Below, in pieces: positions 33,648-41,619 of a DNA stretch of 64,000 nucleotides; within the stretch, counting starts at the first letter, position 1, and each line of letters opens with the position of its first letter. Made by a program: the position numbers and the translations under genes. Source of the stretch: an uncultured Gammaproteobacteria bacterium (GTDB lineage: Bacteria > Pseudomonadota > Gammaproteobacteria > DRLM01); contig CAVSNY010000005.1 of assembly GCA_963729605.1 (NCBI GenBank), forward strand, positions 192,001 to 256,000, given 5' to 3'. The notes under the pieces were generated by a model. That model saw only the letters and a list, made by a program, of their open reading frames with translations, was not told the DNA's origin and did no database searches.

Positions 33648-36331
33648 CCGATCCCACCGCCGCGACCGGCGCGCCCGTCGCCGTCTTTGACGATCCCGCC
33701 CTGGCGGCGGCCCTCGCCGAGGGCGGCGCGGCGGCGATCAAACTCTTTCGCGACGCGCTCAAACTCGCCAATCAGCAGCTCAAGAATGATTTTCTCGGCG
33801 GCACGCCCGCGCAACAATTGGTGCCCCGCCGCGCCGCGCTCGTGGATGGGTTGCTGCAAAAAATCTGGCCTCATTGGTTCGCGGCCTATGACGACGGCGT
33901 GGCGCTGGTGGCGGTGGGCGGCTACGGTCGCGGCGAACTGCATCCGGGCTCCGACATCGATTTGCAGATCCTCGTCGAGCCGGACGGCGACACGGCCCTG
34001 CGCGGCCAATTGGAAGAGTTCCTCACCTTTCTCTGGGACATCGGCCTGGAAGTCGGCCACAGCGTGCGCAGCGTGGCGGAGTGCGCCGAAGAGGCGAAAA
34101 AAGACATCACCGTCGCCACCAATCTGATGGAGGCGCGCCACCTGGCGGGCGCGGCCGCTTTGTACGAGGCCATGCGCGAGGCGGTGAGTCCGCCGCGCAT
34201 CTGGTCCAGCCTGGCCTTCTTTCAGGCCAAGCTGCTGGAGCAGATCAACCGCCATCACAAATACCACGACACCGCGTACAACCTCGAACCCAACATCAAG
34301 GAAGGGCCCGGCGGCCTGCGCGATATTCAAGTGATAGGCTGGGTGGCCAAACGCCATTTCGGCGCGGCGACGCTGCACGATCTGGTCGATCACCAGTTTC
34401 TCACCGAGGCCGAATATCAGACCCTGATCGAGGGCCAGAATTTTTTGTGGCAGGTGCGCTTCGCCCTGCACACCCTCACCGGCCGCCGCGAAGACCGCTT
34501 GCTGTTCGACTACCAGCGCAGCCTCGCCAATCAATTCGGCTTTCGCGACGGTGGCCCCAGCCTCGCCGTCGAACAATTCATGAAGCAGTACTACCGCACG
34601 GTGATGGAGCTGAGCCGGCTCAACGAAATGCTGTTGCAGCTGTTCGAGGAGGCGATACTCTACGCCGCCGATCCCGGCGAACCGACGCCGCTCAACAAAC
34701 GCTTCCAGCGCCGCAAGGGTTTCATCGAAGCGGTGAACGATGAGGTGTTTCACCGCTATCCCTTCGCGCTGCTGGAAATCTTCCTGCTGATCGAACAACA
34801 CCGCGAACTCAAAGGCGTGCGCGCCGCGACCATTCGCCTGATCCGCAATCACGCCCACCTCATCGACGACAAATTCCGCAACGACCTGCGCAATCGCACG
34901 CTGTTCATGGAAATCCTGCGTCAGCCGCACGGGGTGAGCGAACAACTGCGCCGCATGAACCGTTACGGCGTGCTGGCGGCCTACCTGCCGGCCTTCGGCA
35001 AGATCGTCGGCCTGATGCAATATGATTTATTCCACGTCTATACCGTGGACGAGCACACGCTTACACTGATCCGCAATCTGCGCCGCTTCACCCGCCCCGA
35101 ATACGCCAAGGAATTTCCGCTGTGCAGCGAGATCATGCAGCAGCACATTCCCAAACCGGAGCTGTTGTATCTCGCCGCGCTGTTTCACGACATCGCCAAG
35201 GGCCGCGGCGGCGATCACTCCGAACTCGGCGAACAGGAGGCGCTGCAATTCTGCCTGCATCACGGCCTGAGCCAATACGACGCGCGACTGGTGGCCTGGC
35301 TGGTGCGCCATCACCTCGTCATGTCGATGACCTCGCAGCGCAAGGACATCAGCGACCCGGACGTCATCAATGAATTCGCCGCCATCGTGCGCAGCCCGAC
35401 GCAGCTGAATTACCTGTACCTGCTCACCATCGCCGACATCCGCGGCACCAATCCCTCGCTGTGGAACAGCTGGAAAGACACGCTGCTGCTGGAACTCTAC
35501 ACCTCCACCATGCGCGTCATCCGCCGCGGCCTGGACAATCACATCGACCAGAGCGAACATGTCGCCGCGATGCGCGCCGAGGCGCGGCAACTGCTGCTTA
35601 CCTACGGCAACAATGACCAAGCCATCGAACGAGCGTGGCTGAATTTCTCCGAAGAATATTTTTTGCGCTATACCGCCGATGAAATCGCCTGGCATACCCA
35701 AGGCATCATACAAAGCGTCCCCGCCGAACTGCCGCTGATTCTGGTACGGCACCAGACCAAACGCGGCGGCACGGAAATCTTCATTCACACCCCGATCGAC
35801 GACCGGCTGTTCGCGCGCACCACCCACGCCCTCGATCAAATGGGCCTCAACATCGTCGATGCGCGCATCATCGGTTCGCGCGACGGCCTGACCCTCGATA
35901 CCTACATCGTGCTCGAAGACACCGGCCAGCCGATCAGCAATCCGTATCGCATCGAAGACATCTTCAGCAAACTGCGCGAGTGTCTGACCCGTCTCGACCG
36001 CGAGCCGGCCGTGACCCGCCGCCAGCCGCGCCAGTTCAAACACTTCGCCATACCCACCAAAGTTTCCTTTAGCGCCGACGAGCGCAACCAAAAAACCGTG
36101 ATGGAACTGATGACCATCGATCGCCCCGGCCTGTTGTCGCGGATAGGCCAGGCGCTGATGGAATGCGGCGCGCGCCTGCACAACGCCAAGATCGCGACGT
36201 TCGGCGCGCGGGTCGAGGACATCTTCCACATCACCGATCAGGACAACAAACCGCTATCGCGCGACGAACAATTCCAGTGTCTGCGCGCGGCCATCGTCCG
36301 TTACCTCGACACCCCGGCGCAGGATCGCTGA
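33644..36331 (+). CDS. glnD: [Protein-PII] uridylyltransferase
   Basis: AVGGYGRGELHPGSDIDL, EPNIKEGPGGLRD, HD domain, two ACT domains; TTG start overlapping the map stop inferred. Confidence 0.96.
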   Translation: MTDPTAATGAPVAVFDDPALAAALAEGGAAAIKLFRDALKLANQQLKNDFLGGTPAQQLVPRRAALVDGLLQKIWPHWFAAYDDGVALVAVGGYGRGELHPGSDIDLQILVEPDGDTALRGQLEEFLTFLWDIGLEVGHSVRSVAECAEEAKKDITVATNLMEARHLAGAAALYEAMREAVSPPRIWSSLAFFQAKLLEQINRHHKYHDTAYNLEPNIKEGPGGLRDIQVIGWVAKRHFGAATLHDLVDHQFLTEAEYQTLIEGQNFLWQVRFALHTLTGRREDRLLFDYQRSLANQFGFRDGGPSLAVEQFMKQYYRTVMELSRLNEMLLQLFEEAILYAADPGEPTPLNKRFQRRKGFIEAVNDEVFHRYPFALLEIFLLIEQHRELKGVRAATIRLIRNHAHLIDDKFRNDLRNRTLFMEILRQPHGVSEQLRRMNRYGVLAAYLPAFGKIVGLMQYDLFHVYTVDEHTLTLIRNLRRFTRPEYAKEFPLCSEIMQQHIPKPELLYLAALFHDIAKGRGGDHSELGEQEALQFCLHHGLSQYDARLVAWLVRHHLVMSMTSQRKDISDPDVINEFAAIVRSPTQLNYLYLLTIADIRGTNPSLWNSWKDTLLLELYTSTMRVIRRGLDNHIDQSEHVAAMRAEARQLLLTYGNNDQAIERAWLNFSEEYFLRYTADEIAWHTQGIIQSVPAELPLILVRHQTKRGGTEIFIHTPIDDRLFARTTHALDQMGLNIVDARIIGSRDGLTLDTYIVLEDTGQPISNPYRIEDIFSKLRECLTRLDREPAVTRRQPRQFKHFAIPTKVSFSADERNQKTVMELMTIDRPGLLSRIGQALMECGARLHNAKIATFGARVEDIFHITDQDNKPLSRDEQFQCLRAAIVRYLDTPAQDR

Positions 36332-36339
36332 CCGCCCGC

Positions 36340-36960
36340 ATGATCCGCCCCGCGCCCGCCGCTCCGCTACGTTGGTTGCAAGACTATGGCCTGCCCGCGC
36401 TGTTGACGCTGGCATCCTTGCTGATCGCCCTGCTCGGCGACAATGCGGCAGTTGCGTTGCGTTATGAACGCGATTCGATCCTCGCCGGCGAAGTGTGGCG
36501 CCTCATCACCGGCCACCTCGTGCATCTCAGCTGGTCGCACCTGTGGCTCAACCTCGGCGGATTGGCGCTGATCTGGTTTTTATTTCACCGCCAACTCAGC
36601 GCCGGAACGTGGTGGCTGGTGTTGTTGGTGAGCAGCCTGGCGGTGAGCGGTGGCTTTTTATTATTCGATCCCGATCTCGGATGGTACGTGGGTTTATCCG
36701 GCGTGCTGCACGGCCTCTTCATGGCCGGCTTGATCGTCGGACTGCGCGCCGGCGCGTGGGGCGACTGGCTGTTGCTGAGCGCGGTAGTGATCAAACTGAT
36801 CTGGGAACAACTCTACGGCGCCCTGCCCGGCAGCACCGAGGCCGCGGGCGGCAACGTCATCGTCGACGCGCATTTGTACGGTGCGATCGGCGGCGCGGCG
36901 GTCGCGCTGGCATTGCGGCTGTATCGACGGGGCAAAAGTGGTGAACGAGTCAATAATTGA
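36340..36960 (+). CDS. Rhombosortase (rhomboid-family protease)
   Basis: WRLITGHLVH, HLWLN, YVGLSGVLHG, AHLYGA. Confidence 0.85.
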   Translation: MIRPAPAAPLRWLQDYGLPALLTLASLLIALLGDNAAVALRYERDSILAGEVWRLITGHLVHLSWSHLWLNLGGLALIWFLFHRQLSAGTWWLVLLVSSLAVSGGFLLFDPDLGWYVGLSGVLHGLFMAGLIVGLRAGAWGDWLLLSAVVIKLIWEQLYGALPGSTEAAGGNVIVDAHLYGAIGGAAVALALRLYRRGKSGERVNN

Positions 36961-36991
36961 AACATGGGCTGCTCCGCGCATCTTCTCACAG

Positions 36992-37038
36992 GGTAACAGC
37001 GGCGGCGGCGAAGCCGTCCGCAGCACCTAAAGTTAGGC
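36992..37038 (-). other. Degenerate attC-like site
   Basis: GCCTAAC containing the gene stop, then GCTGCGGACGGCTTCGCCGCCGC core; distal half degenerate. Confidence 0.45.
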
Positions 37039-37440
37039 ATCACTCGGCTTTGCCCCCGGAAACCATTCAACGTGCTGATCGCCCTGGCGGCCAAGATAGG
37101 TAACTCGCTGGCCACGAAGGAACGCGAAGTATCCTTGAACGCCTGCGCGAATAGCGCGTTCGCAGAATGCCCGAAACTTTTGCCCATGCTGTTGGCTATC
37201 GAGGATTGCGGCTTTGAGAGCAGTTACGTCAAAGTCCTCGGAAATCAACGGCAGCTTCTCGAATGGAAGTGAGGCCGTTACTGCAGAACCTGAGGCACTG
37301 TAAAAGGTAAAGGAGTTTGTAGCGTAATCCACATGATAGTACTCAACACCTTCGGCAATGAGCTTGCCAACGATTTGAGGAAAAGGCATTGAGCCATCCA
37401 AGGTAGCTTTGGCCAATGAGCTAACTACGTTTGCGTCCAT
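37033..37440 (-). CDS. DUF1398-like protein (cassette gene)
   Basis: FPQIVGKLIAEGVEYYHVDY ... VTYLGRQGDQHVEWF pattern; stop lies inside GCCTAAC. Confidence 0.7.
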   Translation of the reverse strand: MDANVVSSLAKATLDGSMPFPQIVGKLIAEGVEYYHVDYATNSFTFYSASGSAVTASLPFEKLPLISEDFDVTALKAAILDSQQHGQKFRAFCERAIRAGVQGYFAFLRGQRVTYLGRQGDQHVEWFPGAKPSDA

Positions 37441-37591
37441 AACATCTCCGAGAATTGGCTGGCTGGTAGTGATGCCGGATGGCAGGCACGTCGAGAGTCA
37501 GATATGGCTTCATGTGTATCGTGACAATCGGCATCCGGCGCAATGCCCTTCGGTTGTTGCGCTCTACGCAGGCTCATTTCATTTTGTTGAC

Positions 37592-37660
37592 GCTGAACAC
37601 CAAAGCTCAGCTGCGACGCGAAGCGACGACAGAGGCGTCAGCTGGAGCGCCTTATTGGGC
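37592..37660 (-). other. attC site
   Basis: GCCCAAT-AAGGCGCTCCAGCTGAC...GCAGCTGAGCTTTGGT-GTTCAGC. The R'' box is complementary (one mismatch) to the cassette start GTTGGGCTG at 38011. Confidence 0.75.
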
Positions 37661-37993
37661 TGCAATTATTTCAAGCTCACGAATAAGTTTCCTCAATTCT
37701 TCTTTGCCTTGAGCATTGAGCGGCGTTGAATTGTCTTTTGTGAATTCGCCCTCAATGTATTCTCGATTCTCCACAATGTGTTTGTATCGCTCGCGAATAT
37801 TGTCTAGGCGCTTGTCGTATGCGATGCGAACACACGAAAACTCATCAAATGCCGCCAGACTCAAACGACCCTCGATGCTTGCGTTAATGATATTTTTTAT
37901 ATCCTCAGCCGACGGCCGATATGTCTTGTCGCTTTGACGTTGCATAAAATAGAAGAACGCAAAGAGCCCAACGATGCTTACGGCTAGCCACAT
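37652..37993 (-). CDS. Hypothetical membrane-anchored protein (cassette gene)
   Basis: N-terminal hydrophobic segment; lies between the attI-like GTT and an attC, with its stop in R''. Confidence 0.7.
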   Translation of the reverse strand: MWLAVSIVGLFAFFYFMQRQSDKTYRPSAEDIKNIINASIEGRLSLAAFDEFSCVRIAYDKRLDNIRERYKHIVENREYIEGEFTKDNSTPLNAQGKEELRKLIRELEIIAAQ

Positions 37994-38004
37994 AGTCTTT
38001 TTCA

Positions 38005-38185
38005 GCCCAACTTAAATTAGACATCCTCATTGACGTCTTATAAGGCTTCATCATGTGTTCTAAATCTTTTCCCAGGGTAAAAGTATCCTGCATATCAGCA
38101 AGAAAATAAAATTTAGGGTGCCCTAATTAGAAATGACTAATACGGCAGATCATCCACCTGAGTAGCTCGGCCAGAAAAATTGGGA
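38005..38185 (-). other. attI-like platform, copy 1, with divergent short ORF stub (ATG 38133, premature TAG 38163)
   Basis: GTCTAA-TTTAA-GTTGGGC at the cassette junction; about 90% identical to 40501-40681 by manual alignment. Confidence 0.65.
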
Positions 38186-38186
38186 C

Positions 38187-38309
38187 AGCTCGGTAGAGCG
38201 GATGCGTGCAACGCGATCCGCCGAATGTGAGCGCCATGTGGCTGCACTCCTAACCTATCTTGCCAAAGCCATGCGGCGGAACGCCCTTTGGGCTTCCGCC
38301 CTACGAGCT
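38187..38309. repeat. GTAG-family REP doublet (REPIN-like)
   Basis: AGCTCG-GTAGAGCGGATGCGTGCAACGCGATCCGCCG...CGGCGGAACGCCCTTTGGGCTTCCGCCCTAC-GAGCT; near-identical to 39201-39322. Confidence 0.85.
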
Positions 38310-38335
38310 AAAGGAGCCAGGCTCAAATTATTTTT

Positions 38336-38404
38336 CTAAGCTCAGCCGCGTCTCCGGCGACGCGAAGCGGCGACAGGGGCGTCGGCTGGGGCGCCTTGTT
38401 GGGC
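38336..38404 (-). other. attC site truncated at R'
   Basis: GCCCAACAAGGCGCCCCAGCCGAC...GCGGCTGAGCTTAG, with no GTT following. Confidence 0.7.
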
Positions 38405-38704
38405 TGCCGCTAGTACTGCTTGCGCATGCAATTTCAAGCCTAGGGCTTCAATGACCTTGAGGATAGTATCGAAACCAGGGCTTCGTTCTCCAGAGAGTGC
38501 CTTATACAAACTTTCGCGGGAGAGACCGGCGTCACGTGCCACTTGCGACATGCCCTTGGCACGTGCGATGTCACCCAACGCCTTGGCGATAAAAGCGGCA
38601 TCTCCATTTGCCTCCTCTAAGCAAGCTTCCAGATAGGCCGCCATTTCTTCCGGAGTGCGGAGGTGTTCGGCAACATCGTAACGACTAGTACGGGTCTTAG
38701 TCAT
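38342..38704 (-). CDS. Addiction module antidote protein (HTH antitoxin)
   Basis: YDVAEHL..EEMAAYL, ALGDIARAKGMSQVARDAGLSRESLYKALS; the C-terminus reads through the attC. Confidence 0.9.
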   Translation of the reverse strand: MTKTRTSRYDVAEHLRTPEEMAAYLEACLEEANGDAAFIAKALGDIARAKGMSQVARDAGLSRESLYKALSGERSPGFDTILKVIEALGLKLHAQAVLAAAQQGAPADAPVAASRRRRRG

Positions 38705-38713
38705 GATGAGTTC

Positions 38714-39004
38714 CTACATGTTACGAGCCAAGCGCAAAGCGGTTTTGATATCACTGGTCTGGCTCCGTTTATCACCGCCCGCCAGGAGAATTAACACCGT
38801 GCGGCCATGTTTCTTGTAATACACCCGGTAGCCGGGGCCGTAATCGATGCGCATCTCCGAGACGCCTTCACCCACGGGCTTAACGTCCCCGGGATTTCCG
38901 GCCACCAAGCGTTCGATTCGTACCAGAATACGAGCCCGAGCGCGGATATCGGGCAGGCCATCGAGCCACTTGACATAGGCTTCCGTCTTACGGATTTCAA
39001 TCAT
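38714..39004 (-). CDS. Addiction module killer protein (RelE/ParE-superfamily toxin)
   Basis: GNPGDVKPVGEGVSEMRIDYGPGYRVYY..LLAGGDKRSQ; toxin-first gene order. Confidence 0.92.
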   Translation of the reverse strand: MIEIRKTEAYVKWLDGLPDIRARARILVRIERLVAGNPGDVKPVGEGVSEMRIDYGPGYRVYYKKHGRTVLILLAGGDKRSQTSDIKTALRLARNM

Positions 39005-39010
39005 GAACCG

Positions 39011-39039
39011 AATGTATCCATACGGCTACACACTGTCAA
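39011..39039 (-). promoter_or_regulatory. Sigma70 promoter of the TA operon with overlapping operator palindrome
   Basis: TTGACA-17 bp-TACATT, 6 bp before the ATG; imperfect palindrome TGTAGCCGTATGGATACA. Confidence 0.75.
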
Positions 39040-39200
39040 TTTGGTGTACTGTAACTGTTTAAGTGGCGTAGGGGTAGGTTTAAACCCAATGGCTTAGCTG
39101 GGATTCGGCTTCGCCTCATCCCAGCCTACGAATTTGGTGGTACGCTCGTGTGCCGGACGCATGATTTGATTGGAGATGATTCCTGTAAATTAGAACCCGC

Positions 39201-39322
39201 AGCTCGGTAGGGCGGATGCGTGCAACGCGATCCGCCGAATGTGAGCGCCGCGTGGCTGCACTCCTAACTATCTTGCCAAAGCCATGCGGCGGAACGCCCT
39301 TTGGGCTTCCGCCCTACGAGCT
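39201..39322. repeat. GTAG-family REP doublet (REPIN-like)
   Basis: Direct near-identical copy of 38187-38309. Confidence 0.85.
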
Positions 39323-39334
39323 CTGATAGCGTTA

Positions 39335-39538
39335 TTAGCGTGCATACGCCAACAAACCTGAAAACTGATGCGGAGGGAAGGAATCGAACCCTCCACGTTC
39401 TCTCTTGGAAAGAATGTATTTGATCACACAACCACCTCTCGTTTGGGTTGGAGTTTTTTCCACCAGGCTCCGCAGGAACGCAGCTCCGCACCAAACACAT
39501 GCCACAACAAACTGAACTATGGCGTTTAAGTTTTTCAT
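39335..39538 (-). CDS. Putative 67-aa protein in a highly structured cassette
   Basis: GGAGG-5 nt-ATG; hydrophobic N-terminus (AIVQFVVACVWCGAAFL); stop inside the R''-like ACGCTAAT. Confidence 0.45.
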   Translation of the reverse strand: MKNLNAIVQFVVACVWCGAAFLRSLVEKTPTQTRGGCVIKYILSKRERGGFDSFPPHQFSGLLAYAR

Positions 39539-39641
39539 AATTACCTCCGTCGCCGTTTCAATGAAGCTGTTTACGGAATGGTAGATGTCCAACCCAAACG
39601 AGATTTCAATGTGTGCCTCAATACAAACCCCTTTACCCAAG
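39369..39641 (-). ncRNA. Candidate structured RNA: long rod plus T-arm-like 3' hairpin
   Basis: Nested complementary segments found by eye, including a perfect 16-bp pair 39437-39452/39588-39603; many G-U pairs work only on the minus strand. Confidence 0.45.
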
Positions 39642-39664
39642 CCATTACGATTTGATTGTTACTA

Positions 39665-40497
39665 GAACCTATCTCAAAATTGCCTGAGCAGGATACCGAT
39701 GGTTGCCAGCTGCACAAACCCGAGAAAATTCTCGGCGTAGTATTCCCAACGGACCAGGAGACGACGTTGCCATTGAAGCCAGGCAAAGAAGCGTTCCACC
39801 AGCCAGCGTCGTTCGTATCGGCGCAGGCGACGCCCGTCTTGTGTCTTGGATTTTACGCGATTCTGCCGGTGCGGCGAGATCATCTCGATGCCCTCTTGCC
39901 GCAATTCCTCGTCCAGTTTGTCGCTGTCGTAGGCACGATCGCCAATCAGATTTTCCGGCTTCGCTTCGATCATGTAGAACTCGAAACTCAGCTGCACCAG
40001 CGTGACTTCATGGTGGTTCGCCGCATGCGTACTGACCGCCAGCGGCAAGCCGTGACGATCCACAATTGCCATGATTTTAACGCCTTTTCCGCGTTTTGTC
40101 GGGCCGATCTCCGCGCCGCCGCCCTTGGCCGAGGCAAACGTGGCATCGATAAAGCATTCCGATTCATCCAGCGCGCCTTCATCGCGCAGCGTGTTGGCGA
40201 GAGAGGTCATGACATCACGCAGCACTTCGTTGCGGCACCAATTCTGAAAACGGCGATGCACCGTTTTGTAGTTCGGATAGCATTGCGGCAGCATATGCCA
40301 CTGCGCGCCGGTATTGAGAATCCAGAGAACGGCATCGAGGACTTGACGGGAAGAAATCGGCTTGCGACCTGCGCGCCCCGCCGCAATGTTTTCCTCCGGA
40401 AAGTGTTCCCGGATGCGTTCCCAGTGTTGGTCGCTCAGCCGTAGCATGCGGCAAATTATATGCGATTCTGCTCAGCTTGTGATTTTGAGATAGGTTC
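39665..40497 (-). mobile_element. IS5-family insertion sequence
   Basis: Perfect 16-bp terminal inverted repeats GAACCTATCTCAAAAT, flanked by TA on both sides (probable target duplication). Confidence 0.92.
39674..40447 (-). CDS. IS5-family DDE transposase
   Basis: LSDQHW, WHMLP, TVHRRF..W, IDAT, GDRAYDS, RWLVERFFAWL. Confidence 0.93.
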   Translation of the reverse strand: MLRLSDQHWERIREHFPEENIAAGRAGRKPISSRQVLDAVLWILNTGAQWHMLPQCYPNYKTVHRRFQNWCRNEVLRDVMTSLANTLRDEGALDESECFIDATFASAKGGGAEIGPTKRGKGVKIMAIVDRHGLPLAVSTHAANHHEVTLVQLSFEFYMIEAKPENLIGDRAYDSDKLDEELRQEGIEMISPHRQNRVKSKTQDGRRLRRYERRWLVERFFAWLQWQRRLLVRWEYYAENFLGFVQLATIGILLRQF

Positions 40498-40500
40498 TAC

Positions 40501-40681
40501 ACGCTAACTTAAATTAGACGTCCTAATTGACGTCTTATAAGGGGTCATCATGTGTTCTAAATCTTTTCCCATTGTAAAAGTATCCTGCATATAAGCAAGA
40601 AATTAAATTTAGGATGTCCTAATTAGAAATGGCTAATACGGCAGATCATACACCTGAGCAGCTCGGCCATAAAAAGTGGGA
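40501..40681 (-). other. attI-like platform, copy 2
   Basis: GTCTAA-TTTAA-GTTAGCG; homology to copy 1 stops at the GTT crossover triplet. Confidence 0.65.
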
Positions 40682-40727
40682 AAGATTTATTTATTCGCTC
40701 GTCAACCACAAACTACTACTCGTTTAG
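40629..40727 (+). pseudogene. Possible 5' stub of a long-form integron integrase gene
   Basis: MANTADHTPEQLGHKKWERFIYSLVNHK: position and orientation divergent from attI as expected for intI; recalled resemblance to N-terminal extensions of long IntI proteins, not verified. Confidence 0.4.
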
Positions 40728-40813
40728 CGCAGCCTTTTTGCGGTCCACTGGATACGGCTTGCCCTGGAACGCAGCGGAAGGGTAATCCGTCGGACTCAAA
40801 GCGGTTGTTATGT
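40727..40813 (-). other. Fused fragments of two truncated attC sites
   Basis: ACATAACAACCGCTTTGAGTCCGAC...GGGCAAGCCG joined to ATCCAGTGGACCGCAAAAAGGCTGCGCT; no R'. Confidence 0.5.
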
Positions 40814-40826
40814 GTTCGAATTGCGG

Positions 40827-41123
40827 TCACAGGATGTAACCATGAAGATCGGTGACGAGCCTTTGAATCGCCGACTGAAATTCACTTTCTTTAGCCTCAA
40901 GTACTTTTGTGGGCAGGTTCTCCCACTCATCGCTCTTCCACGCCGCGGCATAGCCGAAGCCTTCCTCTCCATCCCACTCTAAGAGCACCCGCTTTTCATC
41001 GTGAACGAATATAGTTCTTATCGAACCATAATAATCGAGCTGACTATTGTCAGATTCGATTCCGAATCCCGCCTTCTCTAAAACAGGCCAGATTGCTTCC
41101 TTAATTCGATAGTGCTCGTGCAT
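40827..41123 (-). CDS. Hypothetical protein (cassette gene)
   Basis: Follows the attC R' GTTGTGT and ends just before ACATAAC. Confidence 0.65.
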   Translation of the reverse strand: MHEHYRIKEAIWPVLEKAGFGIESDNSQLDYYGSIRTIFVHDEKRVLLEWDGEEGFGYAAAWKSDEWENLPTKVLEAKESEFQSAIQRLVTDLHGYIL

Positions 41124-41132
41124 GCCTTTTAC

Positions 41133-41199
41133 ACACAACGACCAAGCTCAGACGCGGCGCCGCGGCAGCGGCGACGTCGGCTGGAGCGCCTTGTTGGGC
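41133..41199 (-). other. attC site (complete, 67 bp)
   Basis: GCCCAAC-AAGGCGCTCCAGCCGAC...GTCTGAGCTTGGTC-GTTGTGT. Confidence 0.85.
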
Positions 41200-41202
41200 G
41201 CC

Positions 41203-41517
41203 TTAAAGGAAATTGTAACTGTCATTTACCTCTACTCCAACGTAGTTATTGTTTGAGTCAAGCAATATGTGAATTGTGATGGCATGAAAATTTGATTTCG
41301 GATGCCGAATGATTGCTTGATATCTATTTCCGAAACTGTCGTAGGAGAACTCTAAACCTCGTTTTCGGAGGTACTGTTCGATTGCTTCGGTGTTGTCACC
41401 TGGTTTCAGGGCGGACGAAATTTCCACTTCAACTTCTTCGGGCGTAGTGTCGAGCGTAAACAGACAGCCGGACAACAGTCCGAAAGAAAGGAGGAAAACT
41501 ATATGTTTAAGGCTCAT
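41203..41517 (-). CDS. Hypothetical lipoprotein (cassette gene)
   Basis: MSLKHIVFLLSFGLLSG-C lipobox. Confidence 0.7.
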   Translation of the reverse strand: MSLKHIVFLLSFGLLSGCLFTLDTTPEEVEVEISSALKPGDNTEAIEQYLRKRGLEFSYDSFGNRYQAIIRHPKSNFHAITIHILLDSNNNYVGVEVNDSYNFL

Positions 41518-41529
41518 TGTCTGATAGAC

Positions 41530-41549
41530 GCCCAACTACATAGTTAGGC
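41530..41549 (-). other. Minimal 20-bp attC remnant (R''-6 bp-R')
   Basis: GCCTAAC-TATGTA-GTTGGGC; each box is complementary to the other end of its own cassette. Confidence 0.6.
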
Positions 41550-41619
41550 GGGAGAGCGAAGGCACGGTGTTGCACTTGCATGTGACGCCTCGCTGTTGAC
41601 AGGTCCCTGGACATCGATT

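Noticed and set aside
38080-38105. LexA box in the attI-like platform
   Set aside because: CTGCATATCAGCAAGA does not match CTG-N10-CAG.
39366-39443. Functional tRNA gene or tmRNA
   Set aside because: Only the T-arm and 3' acceptor strand fit. The 5' acceptor strand, D-arm and anticodon stem are imperfect, there is no CCA, and the tmRNA termini are absent. Kept only as a tRNA-like motif.
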